Assembly (NCBI RefSeq): GCF_028714655.1
Contig: NZ_JAQTLY010000013.1
Coordinates: 1,906-65,905, forward strand
Direction of reading: 5' to 3'
DNA: 64,000 nt
Origin: Sulfurimonas sp.
GTDB taxonomy: Bacteria; Campylobacterota; Campylobacteria; Campylobacterales; Sulfurimonadaceae
Part shown: piece by piece, positions 10,119-19,139 of the stretch
Numbering within the stretch: position 1 is the first letter of the stretch
Layout: every line of letters starts with the position of its first letter
The notes under the pieces: generated by a model
Told to the model about the DNA's origin: nothing
Databases searched by the model: none
The model's input: only the letters and a program-made list of their open reading frames with translations
Made by a program: the position numbers and the translations under genes

Positions 10119-11294
10119 ATGTTAGAAGCAGATTTTAAATATATTCTCGATACATTCTTTACCCTTTTTGCAATGGTACTGATAATCTTTATGGTTCCCG
10201 GTTTTGCTATGCTTGAAGCAGGGCTTGTCAGGACAAAAAATGTCTCGGCTGTTCTCACCATTAATGTGATGATTTATGCGGTTGCTTCGCTGGCATTTTT
10301 GCTTGTCGGGTATAAACTTGCTTTTGGGAGCTGGGATAGCGTAAATAGTAGCATTTGGGCTCTTTTTATGTTCCAGATGGCATTTGTCGGTAAAACGGTA
10401 AATATTATGAGCGGAGGCGTAAGTGAGCGTGTTCGCATTATTCCGTTGGCTATTTTTACCGTTGTAATGGCTGCCGTTATCTATCCGCTTGTAGTCAATG
10501 TTTGCTGGGGTGCCGATATGATCAAAGGAACTATGCTTGATATCGAAATGTACGATTTGGCAGGTTCAACCGTTATTCACTCAACTGGCGGTTGGGCTCT
10601 TTTAGCGGCAATAATGATTATCGGTCCAAGAAAAGGTCGTTATCAAGACGGAAAAATCAAAGTTATTCCTGCTTCAAATATACCGCTTGTCGTTCTTGGA
10701 GCGCTTTTGCTTTGGATAGGCTGGTTTGGCTTTAACGGCGGAAGCGTAGGCTCAATATCAAGTATAGAGAAGGCTGATTTAGTAGCTAAAACGATTATGA
10801 ATACAAATACGGCAGGACTTGCAGGTGCAATAATTGCCGGAATAATTATGTATATGAGATACAAGCTTCTTGATATTACAATGATACTAAACGGTGCATT
10901 GGGCGGCTTGGTCGCAATTACTTCAGGACCTGATTTGTACGATGCATATACACCGATTTTAATCGGTTTGGTAGGTGGAGCTTTAGTAGTATTTGCGGTT
11001 CCGGTATTTGATAAGTTTAAGCTTGATGACCCAGTCGGAGCACTTTCAGTTCACTTGGTAAACGGTATATGGGGAACTTTGGCTGTTGGAATTTTTGCAG
11101 ATAGCGTATCTTTTGCCGCTCAGCTAAAAGGCGTAGTTCTTGTAGGAATTTTTGCATTTAGCGTTTCATATGTTGTTTTGTATATAATTAATAAAATTTC
11201 TGCATTTAGAGCAAGCGATGACAATCAAGTTGAGGGTATGGATGTAAATGAGTGCGGTGTGGAGTCATACCCTGAATTTAGAAGAGCTATATAG
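10119..11294 (+). CDS. amt: Second ammonium transporter (Amt family, divergent paralogue)
   Basis: MVPGFAMLEAGLVRTKN, DLAGSTVIH, LWIGWFGFNGGS and DDPVGALSVH; no signal peptide. Confidence 0.93.
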   Translation: MLEADFKYILDTFFTLFAMVLIIFMVPGFAMLEAGLVRTKNVSAVLTINVMIYAVASLAFLLVGYKLAFGSWDSVNSSIWALFMFQMAFVGKTVNIMSGGVSERVRIIPLAIFTVVMAAVIYPLVVNVCWGADMIKGTMLDIEMYDLAGSTVIHSTGGWALLAAIMIIGPRKGRYQDGKIKVIPASNIPLVVLGALLLWIGWFGFNGGSVGSISSIEKADLVAKTIMNTNTAGLAGAIIAGIIMYMRYKLLDITMILNGALGGLVAITSGPDLYDAYTPILIGLVGGALVVFAVPVFDKFKLDDPVGALSVHLVNGIWGTLAVGIFADSVSFAAQLKGVVLVGIFAFSVSYVVLYIINKISAFRASDDNQVEGMDVNECGVESYPEFRRAI

Positions 11295-11307
11295 ATACTC
11301 TTTAACA

Positions 11308-11340
11308 AAATAGTAATAGTTTTTCTGTTACTATTTCTTT
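11308..11340 (+). terminator. Probable terminator after amt2
   Basis: AAATAGTAATAG-TTTTT-CTGTTACTATTT, a 12-bp stem with one G-U pair, followed by CTTTT. Confidence 0.5.
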
Positions 11341-11341
11341 T

Positions 11342-12055
11342 ATGATTAGACAAAAAAGTTCACTTCTTATCTCTTTAGGCATACATGCCTCTTTGCTTGC
11401 AACTCTTTTTTTTGCATATAAAACTCATAGCAATTTCGAAAAAAAAGAGGAGCAAAGCAAGGTTTGTCTAAAGCTTTGCAATGTTGAAAACATTCAGCAA
11501 CCACCGCAGCAAATAGAATCAAAAAAAATTGAAAAAATCCAAGAGGCAATAGAACAAAAACCAAAAAAAGTCGAGACAAAAGAGATAAAACCTTTTGTTG
11601 CGTCTCAAAAAGCAGAAATTGCAGAGCCAAAAACCCGAGAGATTGAGCATGTAAAAGAGATAGCGCAAGAGGAGCTTCCTATCGCAAAAGAGGTTGTTTT
11701 GGAGCAAAAAATTGTTCAAAAAGAGCGTTTTGAGATACAAAAAGATAATCCGCCGCCAAAGCAAGAAGAGTTAAGCAAAGAGTATATTGAAGTAAATACG
11801 CAAAAAATAGCCCAGTTGATAAAAGATAACTTATCTTATCCGATTTCTGCCAGAAGAAGAGGGATTACGGGAACCGTAGTCGTAAAGTTTTGCCTAAGTG
11901 CCGATGCAAAAGTTTCAGATATAAAAGTAGTTGACTCTAGCAGTGAGATTCTTAGCGGTGCAGCAGTAAAAACTATAGAAGATTTGTCCCAAAAATTTCC
12001 AAAACCGAGCAGGGAAATCAGTCTCACTATACCTATAAACTATAATTTAAATTGA
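11342..12055 (+). CDS. tonB: TonB-family energy transducer
   Basis: N-terminal TM with S-x3-H motif (SLGIHA), charged linker, and TonB C-terminal domain YPISARRRGITGTVVVKF. Confidence 0.8.
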   Translation: MIRQKSSLLISLGIHASLLATLFFAYKTHSNFEKKEEQSKVCLKLCNVENIQQPPQQIESKKIEKIQEAIEQKPKKVETKEIKPFVASQKAEIAEPKTREIEHVKEIAQEELPIAKEVVLEQKIVQKERFEIQKDNPPPKQEELSKEYIEVNTQKIAQLIKDNLSYPISARRRGITGTVVVKFCLSADAKVSDIKVVDSSSEILSGAAVKTIEDLSQKFPKPSREISLTIPINYNLN

Positions 12056-12070
12056 AACTTCTAATTAGTA

Positions 12071-12158
12071 TAGATTGCTTCGTAGAAAACTCCTCGCAAT
12101 GACGATATGGTTTGCAATGACGGTCATTGCGAGCATCTGCAAGAGGCGCGGCAATCTA
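12071..12158. repeat. REP-like palindromic doublet, family A (copy 1)
   Basis: TAGATTGC...TCGCAATGAC / GTCATTGCGAG...GCAATCTA; related copies at 33569 and 37100. Confidence 0.8.
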
Positions 12159-12249
12159 ATATTGATTTAATAATAGACTTTAATTAAATAAATTATATTG
12201 ATATCCGGTATCAAAAATTAAGAAATAAGTAGTTATACTAGACCTTTAA

Positions 12250-12381
12250 TAGATTTCTTTCAAACCAAAAATCCTGAATCAAGTTCAGGATGACCGGAAC
12301 TCATAAATCTCGTCATTCCAAACTTGTTCCGCAAGGGTATTTCCTTTGGTCATTTGGAATCTAGGTTATGCAAAAAGTCTA
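12250..12381 (+). mobile_element. MITE-like composite repeat, family B (132 bp)
   Basis: Imperfect TIRs TAGATTTCTTTCAAACC / GGTTATGCAAAAAGTCTA around two hairpins; near-identical copy at 33715 and inverted copy at 26559. Confidence 0.75.
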
Positions 12382-12431
12382 ATACGAGGAGATTAAATGA
12401 TAACTTTACTTAAAAGAGCGGTACATATATA

Positions 12432-13361
12432 ATGGTTTGCAAATATCATCACATTCATCATCCGCTTTCAAACCAGAAGCATAAGCATGAAGATGGTCAT
12501 GAACATAATCATCACGACAAAAGCGACAAAAAGCTTTTAGCCATATCTTTGGTAATTACATTTACGGTTATGATAGTTGAAATAGCCGGCGGAGTTTATG
12601 TAAATTCATTGGCACTTATCAGCGATGCTATTCATATGTTTACACATGCTTTTGCTTTAGGATTGTCGCTTTTTGCTCTTGTAATTTCTACAAAGAAAAT
12701 TGATAACAAAAAATCATTCGGATATTTTAGAGCCGAGGTATTAGCCGCATTTATCAACGGGCTTACTATTGCACTCTCCGTAATATGGATAGTATATGAA
12801 GCGATAATGAGATTTTTAAACCCTGAGGAGATACTGGCAAGTGCTACGATAATGATAGCCGCTTTGGGACTTGTAGTAAATATAATCACGGGGCTTATTT
12901 TACTTAAAGCAAATCATGACAATATAAATATAAAATCGGCATTTTTGCATATGTTAGCGGATACTTTTTCATCTGCCGCGATTATTATAGGTGCTATAAT
13001 AATTTATTATACCAATTTTTATATGCTTGATACCATTTTAGCTCTAGTCGTCGCCGTGGTTATAGCAAAATGGGCAAAAGGTTTGCTAAGTGATTCGGTG
13101 CATGTGCTTTTAGAAGGTTCACCTTACGAGGTTGACACTATAAGAGAGGCAATTTTAGCGGAGTTTGACTATATAGAGGATGTTCATGATATTCACTGTT
13201 GGGAGATTTCTCACAACTATTACTACCTTACATGCCATATAATTTTGGATAAAGTTAATGAAGAGCTTTATGATAAAACTATTTCTGAAGTCAGTGAGTT
13301 TTTAGAGTGTAAATTTATCATAGCTCACACGACAATTCAGATAGAGCACAAAGAGAATTAA
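12432..13361 (+). CDS. Cation diffusion facilitator (CzcD/ZitB-like Zn/Co/Cd exporter)
   Basis: His-rich N-terminus, [11 protein letters not shown] (TM2), AFLHMLAD (TM5), and C-terminal domain DVHDIHCW...HTTIQIE. Confidence 0.9.
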   Translation: MVCKYHHIHHPLSNQKHKHEDGHEHNHHDKSDKKLLAISLVITFTVMIVEIAGGVYVNSLALISDAIHMFTHAFALGLSLFALVISTKKIDNKKSFGYFRAEVLAAFINGLTIALSVIWIVYEAIMRFLNPEEILASATIMIAALGLVVNIITGLILLKANHDNINIKSAFLHMLADTFSSAAIIIGAIIIYYTNFYMLDTILALVVAVVIAKWAKGLLSDSVHVLLEGSPYEVDTIREAILAEFDYIEDVHDIHCWEISHNYYYLTCHIILDKVNEELYDKTISEVSEFLECKFIIAHTTIQIEHKEN

Positions 13362-15352
13362 AATTTCTTTGTGCTGATATCTTGGAGTGTTTTTGCAGAC
13401 ATGCTGTCAAGCTCTATAGCGATACTCTCTATTTCTCTGGTGTAAGAGGCATTTTGTGCCGTAGTTTTGTCGATATCTCTTATTGAGTCGGTTGCTTCGT
13501 TGATATCACCGACTTGTTCCTCTATGGCGCTTCCTATCTCCAAAATAGCTTGAGAGAGTGTTTCAACGCTTACATTTATCTCATTTAAGCTTTTTTGAGT
13601 GTTTTCTGCAAGTTTTCTTACCTCATCCGCAACGACTGCAAAACCTCTTCCGTGTTCTCCTGCTCTTGCGGCTTCGATTGCAGCATTAAGAGCCAATAAG
13701 TTTGTCTGATCGGCTATGTCGGAGATAACATTTATAACCGATTTTATCTCCATTGATTGTGAAGCTACCTGTTTTGTTTTTTGTGACACATCAATAATTG
13801 AGCTGTTTGTTGACTCCATTGATGAAGATATAGCTTTTAACATTGATGCCTGTTTTGACGATGCCGCACTTAGCGTTTGCATCTTCTCTTTTAGCGTTAT
13901 GGATTTTTGAGACAAATCTGAAGCGTTTTGGCTAGATGCTCTTAACATATCGCGTATAGTTTCACCCATATTATTGACGGCATGTGCAATTTTTCCGTTA
14001 TCGTTTTTGACATTAGCGGTAAAATCCGAATTTTTAAAGTGATCCAATGTTGCAATAAGGTTGTTTGTATCTCTACAAATGCTATTTTGAAGCGAGTACA
14101 ACATCTTGTTGAGATTCTCTTTTAATTCGTTTAAGGCTTGATTTTTTGTATTCTCGACTACGCTTTGCTCCAAACTTCCTCTGTCTATCCCTGAAACTAC
14201 TCTTTTAACATCTTCTATCAGGATTCTATCCTCTTCTATGTTTTGTTTTGTTTTTAGGATATTTTCATTAACTGCTTTAGCCATCTTTCCTATCTCGTCA
14301 TTTTCATAAATCTTGATAGGGTTTGCTTCTTTGCTCTCTTTGTTTAGATATTTGAAAAAGTTTAAAAGTCCCTCTTCAAATCTATTTAGAGGATTTAGAA
14401 CAATTTTTCTAATGGTAATTAAAATTGCAATTGTTATAATGATGATTAGTATAACAACCAAAGCCAAAGCGCTGTTTATGATACTGCCGGCACCGTCTAT
14501 GGCTTTTTCAACGCTTGCTTTATCTTTTCCTAAAAGATATATACCGATTGAGTTGCCTTTAAAATCTTTTATATCAGAGTATGTATAAAAATATTTGTCA
14601 TCAGATACATAACCTTTTTCCATAAGTTTTTTACTATCTATTTTTTGTGCAGATTTTAAAAAGTCATCATTGATTGTCTTTTGGCTTAAGATATAGTTGG
14701 ATACTCTGTTTTTTGTATCTGCCAAATCTGCAATGTTTAGAAGTTTGTCATCCATCAATACCAAAAGATTCTCTTTTTGCGATGTAAACTGATTTATAAC
14801 GGATTCAAAAGCTTGCATAAACTCTAGTGAGCCTATATATTTACCGTCTTTTATAATCGGAGTCAAACCTCTGATAGTAAGCCCGTTTCTGCCTACTTCT
14901 ATGGCAGCCATTGATTTTTTGTCGGCTTTTACGCTGTTTAGAGTGTGTCTGAAGCTGCTTAAATCATCTCCGAATTTTTCTACCTCCCAGTTTCTAAGAA
15001 AAGATTTTAGATCTTTATCGTGGATATGGATTTTGACATTTTTAAAACTTGTCTCGCTTTTATATATATCGCCGATAGATTTTAGAGTGTTTATTGCCAG
15101 CTCTCTGTTGTTTTCATCCAATGCTTTTACTATGCTTGCACCGTTTGCAATTGCAACTGCATTTGTTACGCCTACATCAAATTTAGCACTCATTCTATCT
15201 TTTATCTTAGAGTTAAGTGCATTTTTTTCATTTTCATAAACAGTCGCTTCAATTCCTGATTTGAAGTAATTTAAAACAAAAAAACTGGCAACCAGCAACA
15301 CCAAAGATATCGCAGTAATAAGTACCGTGATTTTTTTCCCTATAGATATCAT
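13358..15352 (-). CDS. Methyl-accepting chemotaxis protein with periplasmic Cache domain
   Basis: Two TMs, HAMP-like [11 protein letters not shown], and signalling hairpin [38 protein letters not shown]. Confidence 0.95.
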   Translation of the reverse strand: MISIGKKITVLITAISLVLLVASFFVLNYFKSGIEATVYENEKNALNSKIKDRMSAKFDVGVTNAVAIANGASIVKALDENNRELAINTLKSIGDIYKSETSFKNVKIHIHDKDLKSFLRNWEVEKFGDDLSSFRHTLNSVKADKKSMAAIEVGRNGLTIRGLTPIIKDGKYIGSLEFMQAFESVINQFTSQKENLLVLMDDKLLNIADLADTKNRVSNYILSQKTINDDFLKSAQKIDSKKLMEKGYVSDDKYFYTYSDIKDFKGNSIGIYLLGKDKASVEKAIDGAGSIINSALALVVILIIIITIAILITIRKIVLNPLNRFEEGLLNFFKYLNKESKEANPIKIYENDEIGKMAKAVNENILKTKQNIEEDRILIEDVKRVVSGIDRGSLEQSVVENTKNQALNELKENLNKMLYSLQNSICRDTNNLIATLDHFKNSDFTANVKNDNGKIAHAVNNMGETIRDMLRASSQNASDLSQKSITLKEKMQTLSAASSKQASMLKAISSSMESTNSSIIDVSQKTKQVASQSMEIKSVINVISDIADQTNLLALNAAIEAARAGEHGRGFAVVADEVRKLAENTQKSLNEINVSVETLSQAILEIGSAIEEQVGDINEATDSIRDIDKTTAQNASYTREIESIAIELDSMSAKTLQDISTKKF

Positions 15353-15391
15353 TTTAACTCCTGAATTTAATATAACATTTTAGCAAATATT

Positions 15392-18037
15392 TTAACATTC
15401 TACTCTATTTCTTCCGCTTTTTTTTGCGATATAGAGTTTTTCATCCGCTTTTTTTATAGTGTTTTCAATCAATTCTCCCTCTTCGTGCATTACAACTCCA
15501 AAGCTGCATGTCAAGTTTTGTGTATGTTCAAATTTATGATTTTGTATAACTACTCTTAAATGCTCCGCTTCTCTTTTAATATCTTCTATATTTTTAGCAT
15601 AAAGAAGTATGATAAACTCCTCGCCGCCCCATCTTATAAGTTTGTCGTCTTTTCTTATAAAACGGTTTACTGCTTCAACTAAACTCTTTAAAACTTCATC
15701 GCCCACGCTGTGTCCGTAGTTGTCATTTATGTTTTTGAAGTGATCTATGTCAAACATAATAACTCCGGTTTTACCGTTTTGTTTATCATTGTTTTTTATG
15801 ATATTTTCTATTGAAGATTCAAAATAGTTTCTATTGTAAGCATTTGTAAGCTGATCTTTAACTGCTTTCATCTCAAGCTGAAGTTTTTCAAACATAGTGT
15901 CGCTGATATCGCTAAAATTCAGTATATAACTTTGCGGGTCATAGTTGTTTATAGATACAGAAAAGGCATGGGCCTGATTTTTACCGTTTAGCATGGAGAC
16001 TATTCTCTCTCTGCCCGATACATTTAGCAGACTTCTTACCCAATGCTCCTCTTTTGGCAGCATTTTGTCTAAATGAAAAAAGTTATCATCTTTTACAAAT
16101 TTATTGCAGATACAGTCGTAATGTTTTTTAAACTCTTCTAGGTTTTTATACCCGAAGAAGTCAAAAAATTTCTTATTTGCAAATAAAATCTTTTTCTCAT
16201 CTGTCAAAATAACGATGCTGTCTTGTATATCAATAAACTTCTGTAGTTTATCCATGGCGTTTTTTTGACTCGTGATATCTGAAATAAGACCTTCTATTAT
16301 CTCCAAGCCATCTTTGGTTAGAGTTTTTTTGCCTGTTTCGCGAACCCAGAGTGTATCTCCTATGGAGTTTATGATTCTATACTCAAAAGAGTAGTCGTTC
16401 CCCTCTTTAAGAGCTTGCAAAATCTCTTTGGTTATACTCTCCCTATCTTGCGGGTCTATTATGCTTCTGTAACTTCTGACACCGTTTAGTATAAAACCTT
16501 CTGCTTTATAGCCCGTAATTTTAAAAATAGCGTTATTTACAAAGAGCATAGTCATTTCGTCATCAATTTTGCATCTAAATAAAATATCGGGAATATGATT
16601 TATGATAGACTCCAGTTCATTCTCTATACTTTTAATCTTCTCTTCGTACTCTATAATATTTGTTACATCATGAACAGTTCCTATGGTTTGGATATGTTCG
16701 CCGTTTTCGTTATATACATGGTATCCTGCTTCGTTTATATAAGAGATAGTTTTATCGGGATTTATAATTCTGTGTTGAATTAGATACGGTTTTTTTTCTT
16801 TTATAGATTTTGCAAATTCGCTTTTTACTTTTCCTACATCCTGCGGATGAACAAATGATAAAAATTTATCGGAAGAGGGTTCAAATGATTGAGGTTTGGT
16901 TTTAAAGATATTATATACCTCATCGCTCCATAAAATTTTTTTTGTTTTTGCATCAAACTCGCATGAACCGAGTTTTGCAATATGCTGAATCTCATTAAGC
17001 GCGCTGTTTTTTTTCTTTAAAACCCAAGTGCTGTTTTGGATTCTATAGTAAGCATAGGTTAAGAGACCGATAAAAATAATCATTAAGATGTTGATAAATC
17101 TATCTTTTTCTACTATATACTCAAGAGATAGGTTTGGTCTGTTTACTATGATACTTGCAACATGTTTTTTCGTGTATTTGTTATAAATGGGAATAAATGT
17201 CGTGATATAGACTTTTCCGTCATACGGTGTGAAAAAGTTAAAAACTGCACCGCTTGATATATATTTTTTTATCTCCTGATGAGTGCTTATAATAGTTTCA
17301 AGGAGTTTGTCCCCATCGCCTGAAATACTTTTTTCATAGAGATAATCATCGCTGATTTTGCTAGAAGTATAGTTTTTTAGCTCATCGTCAAAAACTTTTT
17401 CACGAACTTCGCTTTTTTTGATTATAAACTCAACATTGGCAACTGTTTCATCTCTCATCTGCTGGATTATTTCATACATAGATACGGAGATCTCAACACT
17501 TCCGTAATGTTCTGCTTTGTCAATAAGAGGGTAGATGAAACGGTATCCGTTATAGATTTTACCCTCTTCAAAACCTGAAACAGGCTCTTTATGTTTGTTT
17601 ACATAAGCAACGGTATCTCTTATGCCTATTAAACTGTCTCCAAATTTTTCGGGTCTGTGAAATCTTAAAAAACTATCGTTATTTGGGAGATGGAAGTGAA
17701 GTTGTCTGATTTTAAAGAGTTTTAAGGCGTTATAGCTATCAATTAGCGAGTCGTAAAGCTCTTCTCTTGCTCTGTTTTTTTCCAATATATCATTGCTATT
17801 TGCTCTTTTCATTATTTCATATATAGCAGGTACATTGATTTTAGTGCTAAAGTAGATTTCCGAATGTGTCTTGTAAGCTTTTGTTATCGTGTTATAAGTT
17901 ATAGATAGAAGCTCTTTTTCCTGATCTAAAATCTCTTTTTCATGATTTTTTATCTGATAGTTTGATATAAAAATAGCAATAGCGCTTAAGGTGATAAAAA
18001 TAAGCGGATATTTTATGAGATTTTTTTTGTTTGTCAA
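15392..18037 (-). CDS. Diguanylate cyclase (Cache-PAS-PAS-PAS-like-GGDEF)
   Basis: DQLTNAYNR, FDIDHFKNINDNYGHSVGDEVL, RWGGEEF with RxxD I-site (RKDD) five residues upstream; PAS-like segments (FVHPQD, IIDPQD); no EAL domain. Confidence 0.92.
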   Translation of the reverse strand: MTNKKNLIKYPLIFITLSAIAIFISNYQIKNHEKEILDQEKELLSITYNTITKAYKTHSEIYFSTKINVPAIYEIMKRANSNDILEKNRAREELYDSLIDSYNALKLFKIRQLHFHLPNNDSFLRFHRPEKFGDSLIGIRDTVAYVNKHKEPVSGFEEGKIYNGYRFIYPLIDKAEHYGSVEISVSMYEIIQQMRDETVANVEFIIKKSEVREKVFDDELKNYTSSKISDDYLYEKSISGDGDKLLETIISTHQEIKKYISSGAVFNFFTPYDGKVYITTFIPIYNKYTKKHVASIIVNRPNLSLEYIVEKDRFINILMIIFIGLLTYAYYRIQNSTWVLKKKNSALNEIQHIAKLGSCEFDAKTKKILWSDEVYNIFKTKPQSFEPSSDKFLSFVHPQDVGKVKSEFAKSIKEKKPYLIQHRIINPDKTISYINEAGYHVYNENGEHIQTIGTVHDVTNIIEYEEKIKSIENELESIINHIPDILFRCKIDDEMTMLFVNNAIFKITGYKAEGFILNGVRSYRSIIDPQDRESITKEILQALKEGNDYSFEYRIINSIGDTLWVRETGKKTLTKDGLEIIEGLISDITSQKNAMDKLQKFIDIQDSIVILTDEKKILFANKKFFDFFGYKNLEEFKKHYDCICNKFVKDDNFFHLDKMLPKEEHWVRSLLNVSGRERIVSMLNGKNQAHAFSVSINNYDPQSYILNFSDISDTMFEKLQLEMKAVKDQLTNAYNRNYFESSIENIIKNNDKQNGKTGVIMFDIDHFKNINDNYGHSVGDEVLKSLVEAVNRFIRKDDKLIRWGGEEFIILLYAKNIEDIKREAEHLRVVIQNHKFEHTQNLTCSFGVVMHEEGELIENTIKKADEKLYIAKKSGRNRVEC

Positions 18038-18132
18038 TAGATATTCTTTTTTGTTAAAATCGCACTAAAGAGCATTTTAGCACTTATAGTTTGAATTTAA
18101 AGTTAAAGAAATTCATAAAAGCTTATAAATTT

Positions 18133-18372
18133 TTATTGAGCTTTTATCTCGTCTATGGAAATATTTAGGAGGGTGCATACTTTTTCAAATACGGAGTTGG
18201 CAAAGTCATAAAACTTTCTGGCATCTTCAAGTAGGGCTTTAAGTGTTTTTTCTACGCTCTGCTGTGCATGAAAAGCTACAATATGGGTTAAAAAGTTATT
18301 GTTAATTATCTCATTGATTGTTAAAAGATCATCGTTAGCAGCTTTAAGCCACTCTTTGGTAAAAGCTCTCAT
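18133..18372 (-). pseudogene. HEPN-domain toxin, internally deleted (79 aa)
   Basis: HEPN N-terminus (EWLKAANDDL...AFHAQQSVEKTLKALL) is fused directly to the C-terminal helix (LEDARKFY); the central H-x-L and RY motifs are absent. Confidence 0.7.
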
Positions 18373-18701
18373 ACAAGCTGCACTCCATCTTTCATAATTT
18401 TTCTACTAAACATACTATCCATCTCAAGAAATTTTGTATGCATAGCTTTTGTATGTGTGATTAAATCTGTCGGATATCTTTGCATAATATCTCTTATAGC
18501 GCTAGAAACCTTTGCATAAACTTCACTTTTTTCTCTCCAATTTTGAGGCATAAAATCATCTTTTGTGACAACATAGAGATCTATATCACTATCCTCATCC
18601 GGAGTGCCATAAGCATAGGAACCAAAGAGGATGATTTTATCCGGATCAAGAGGCTTCAGGCATGCTACAATTTCATGCTTTAGCGCTTCTATATCTATCA
18701 T
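18369..18701 (-). CDS. Minimal nucleotidyltransferase (MNT) antitoxin
   Basis: ILFGSYAYGTPDEDSDIDL (GS-x10-DxD); 110 aa; ATGA overlap with the HEPN gene. Confidence 0.88.
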   Translation of the reverse strand: MIDIEALKHEIVACLKPLDPDKIILFGSYAYGTPDEDSDIDLYVVTKDDFMPQNWREKSEVYAKVSSAIRDIMQRYPTDLITHTKAMHTKFLEMDSMFSRKIMKDGVQLV

Positions 18702-18874
18702 TATAAACCTCCTCTATTTTTTCTCTGTGTAAATTATACTCAACCAAAGTAAAATAAATCAAATAATAGCGAAATGAGTAAAAAGTTAGCTGATTGATTT
18801 TAAGTGAAAATTGCACTTATTTTTAGAATTGGCGATTTTTAAAAATGGAAAGTTAGATAAAAGAAGTATTTAGT

Positions 18875-18949
18875 TGGTGACCCCGAGGAGAATCGAACTC
18901 CTGTAACATGGATGAAAACCATGGATCCTTACCGCTAGACGACGGGGCC
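18875..18949 (-). tRNA. tRNA-Glu(UUC)
   Basis: GGCCCCG acceptor stem, anticodon stem CATGG-TTTTCAT-CCATG, GTTCGATTC T-loop, encoded CCA. Confidence 0.96.
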
Positions 18950-18960
18950 AAAAAATAAAA

Positions 18961-19036
18961 TGGTGTCCTGTGATGGATTCGAACCATCGGCCACCTCATT
19001 AAAAGTGAGATGCTCTACCGGCTGAGCTAACAAGAC
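18961..19036 (-). tRNA. tRNA-Lys(UUU)
   Basis: GTCTTGT acceptor stem, TAGCTCAGCCGGTAGAGC D arm, anticodon loop CTTTTAA, GTTCGAATC, encoded CCA. Confidence 0.96.
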
Positions 19037-19065
19037 ATTTACAAACACAGTGTTTGTGGACGCGA

Positions 19066-19094
19066 ATTATAGACAAATAGAATTTATATGTCAA
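19066..19094 (-). promoter_or_regulatory. Consensus sigma70 promoter of the tRNA-Lys-Glu operon
   Basis: Minus strand reads TTGACA-17 nt-TATAAT followed by the GC-rich discriminator TCGCGTCC. Confidence 0.85.
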
Positions 19095-19139
19095 GAAAAA
19101 AAGATAGAAAATTTAAAATTTTTCGGTAAAATGTAAACT

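Noticed and set aside
12071-12381. Repeat-spacer-repeat look of the palindromic clusters (also 26559-26747 and 33569-33853) as a CRISPR array
   Set aside because: The units are inverted pairs, not three or more direct repeats with unique equal-length spacers, and there are no cas genes.
18875-18895. tRNA-Glu 3' end as attL/attR of an integrated element
   Set aside because: I found no second copy of TGGTGACCCCGAGG in the window and no integrase.
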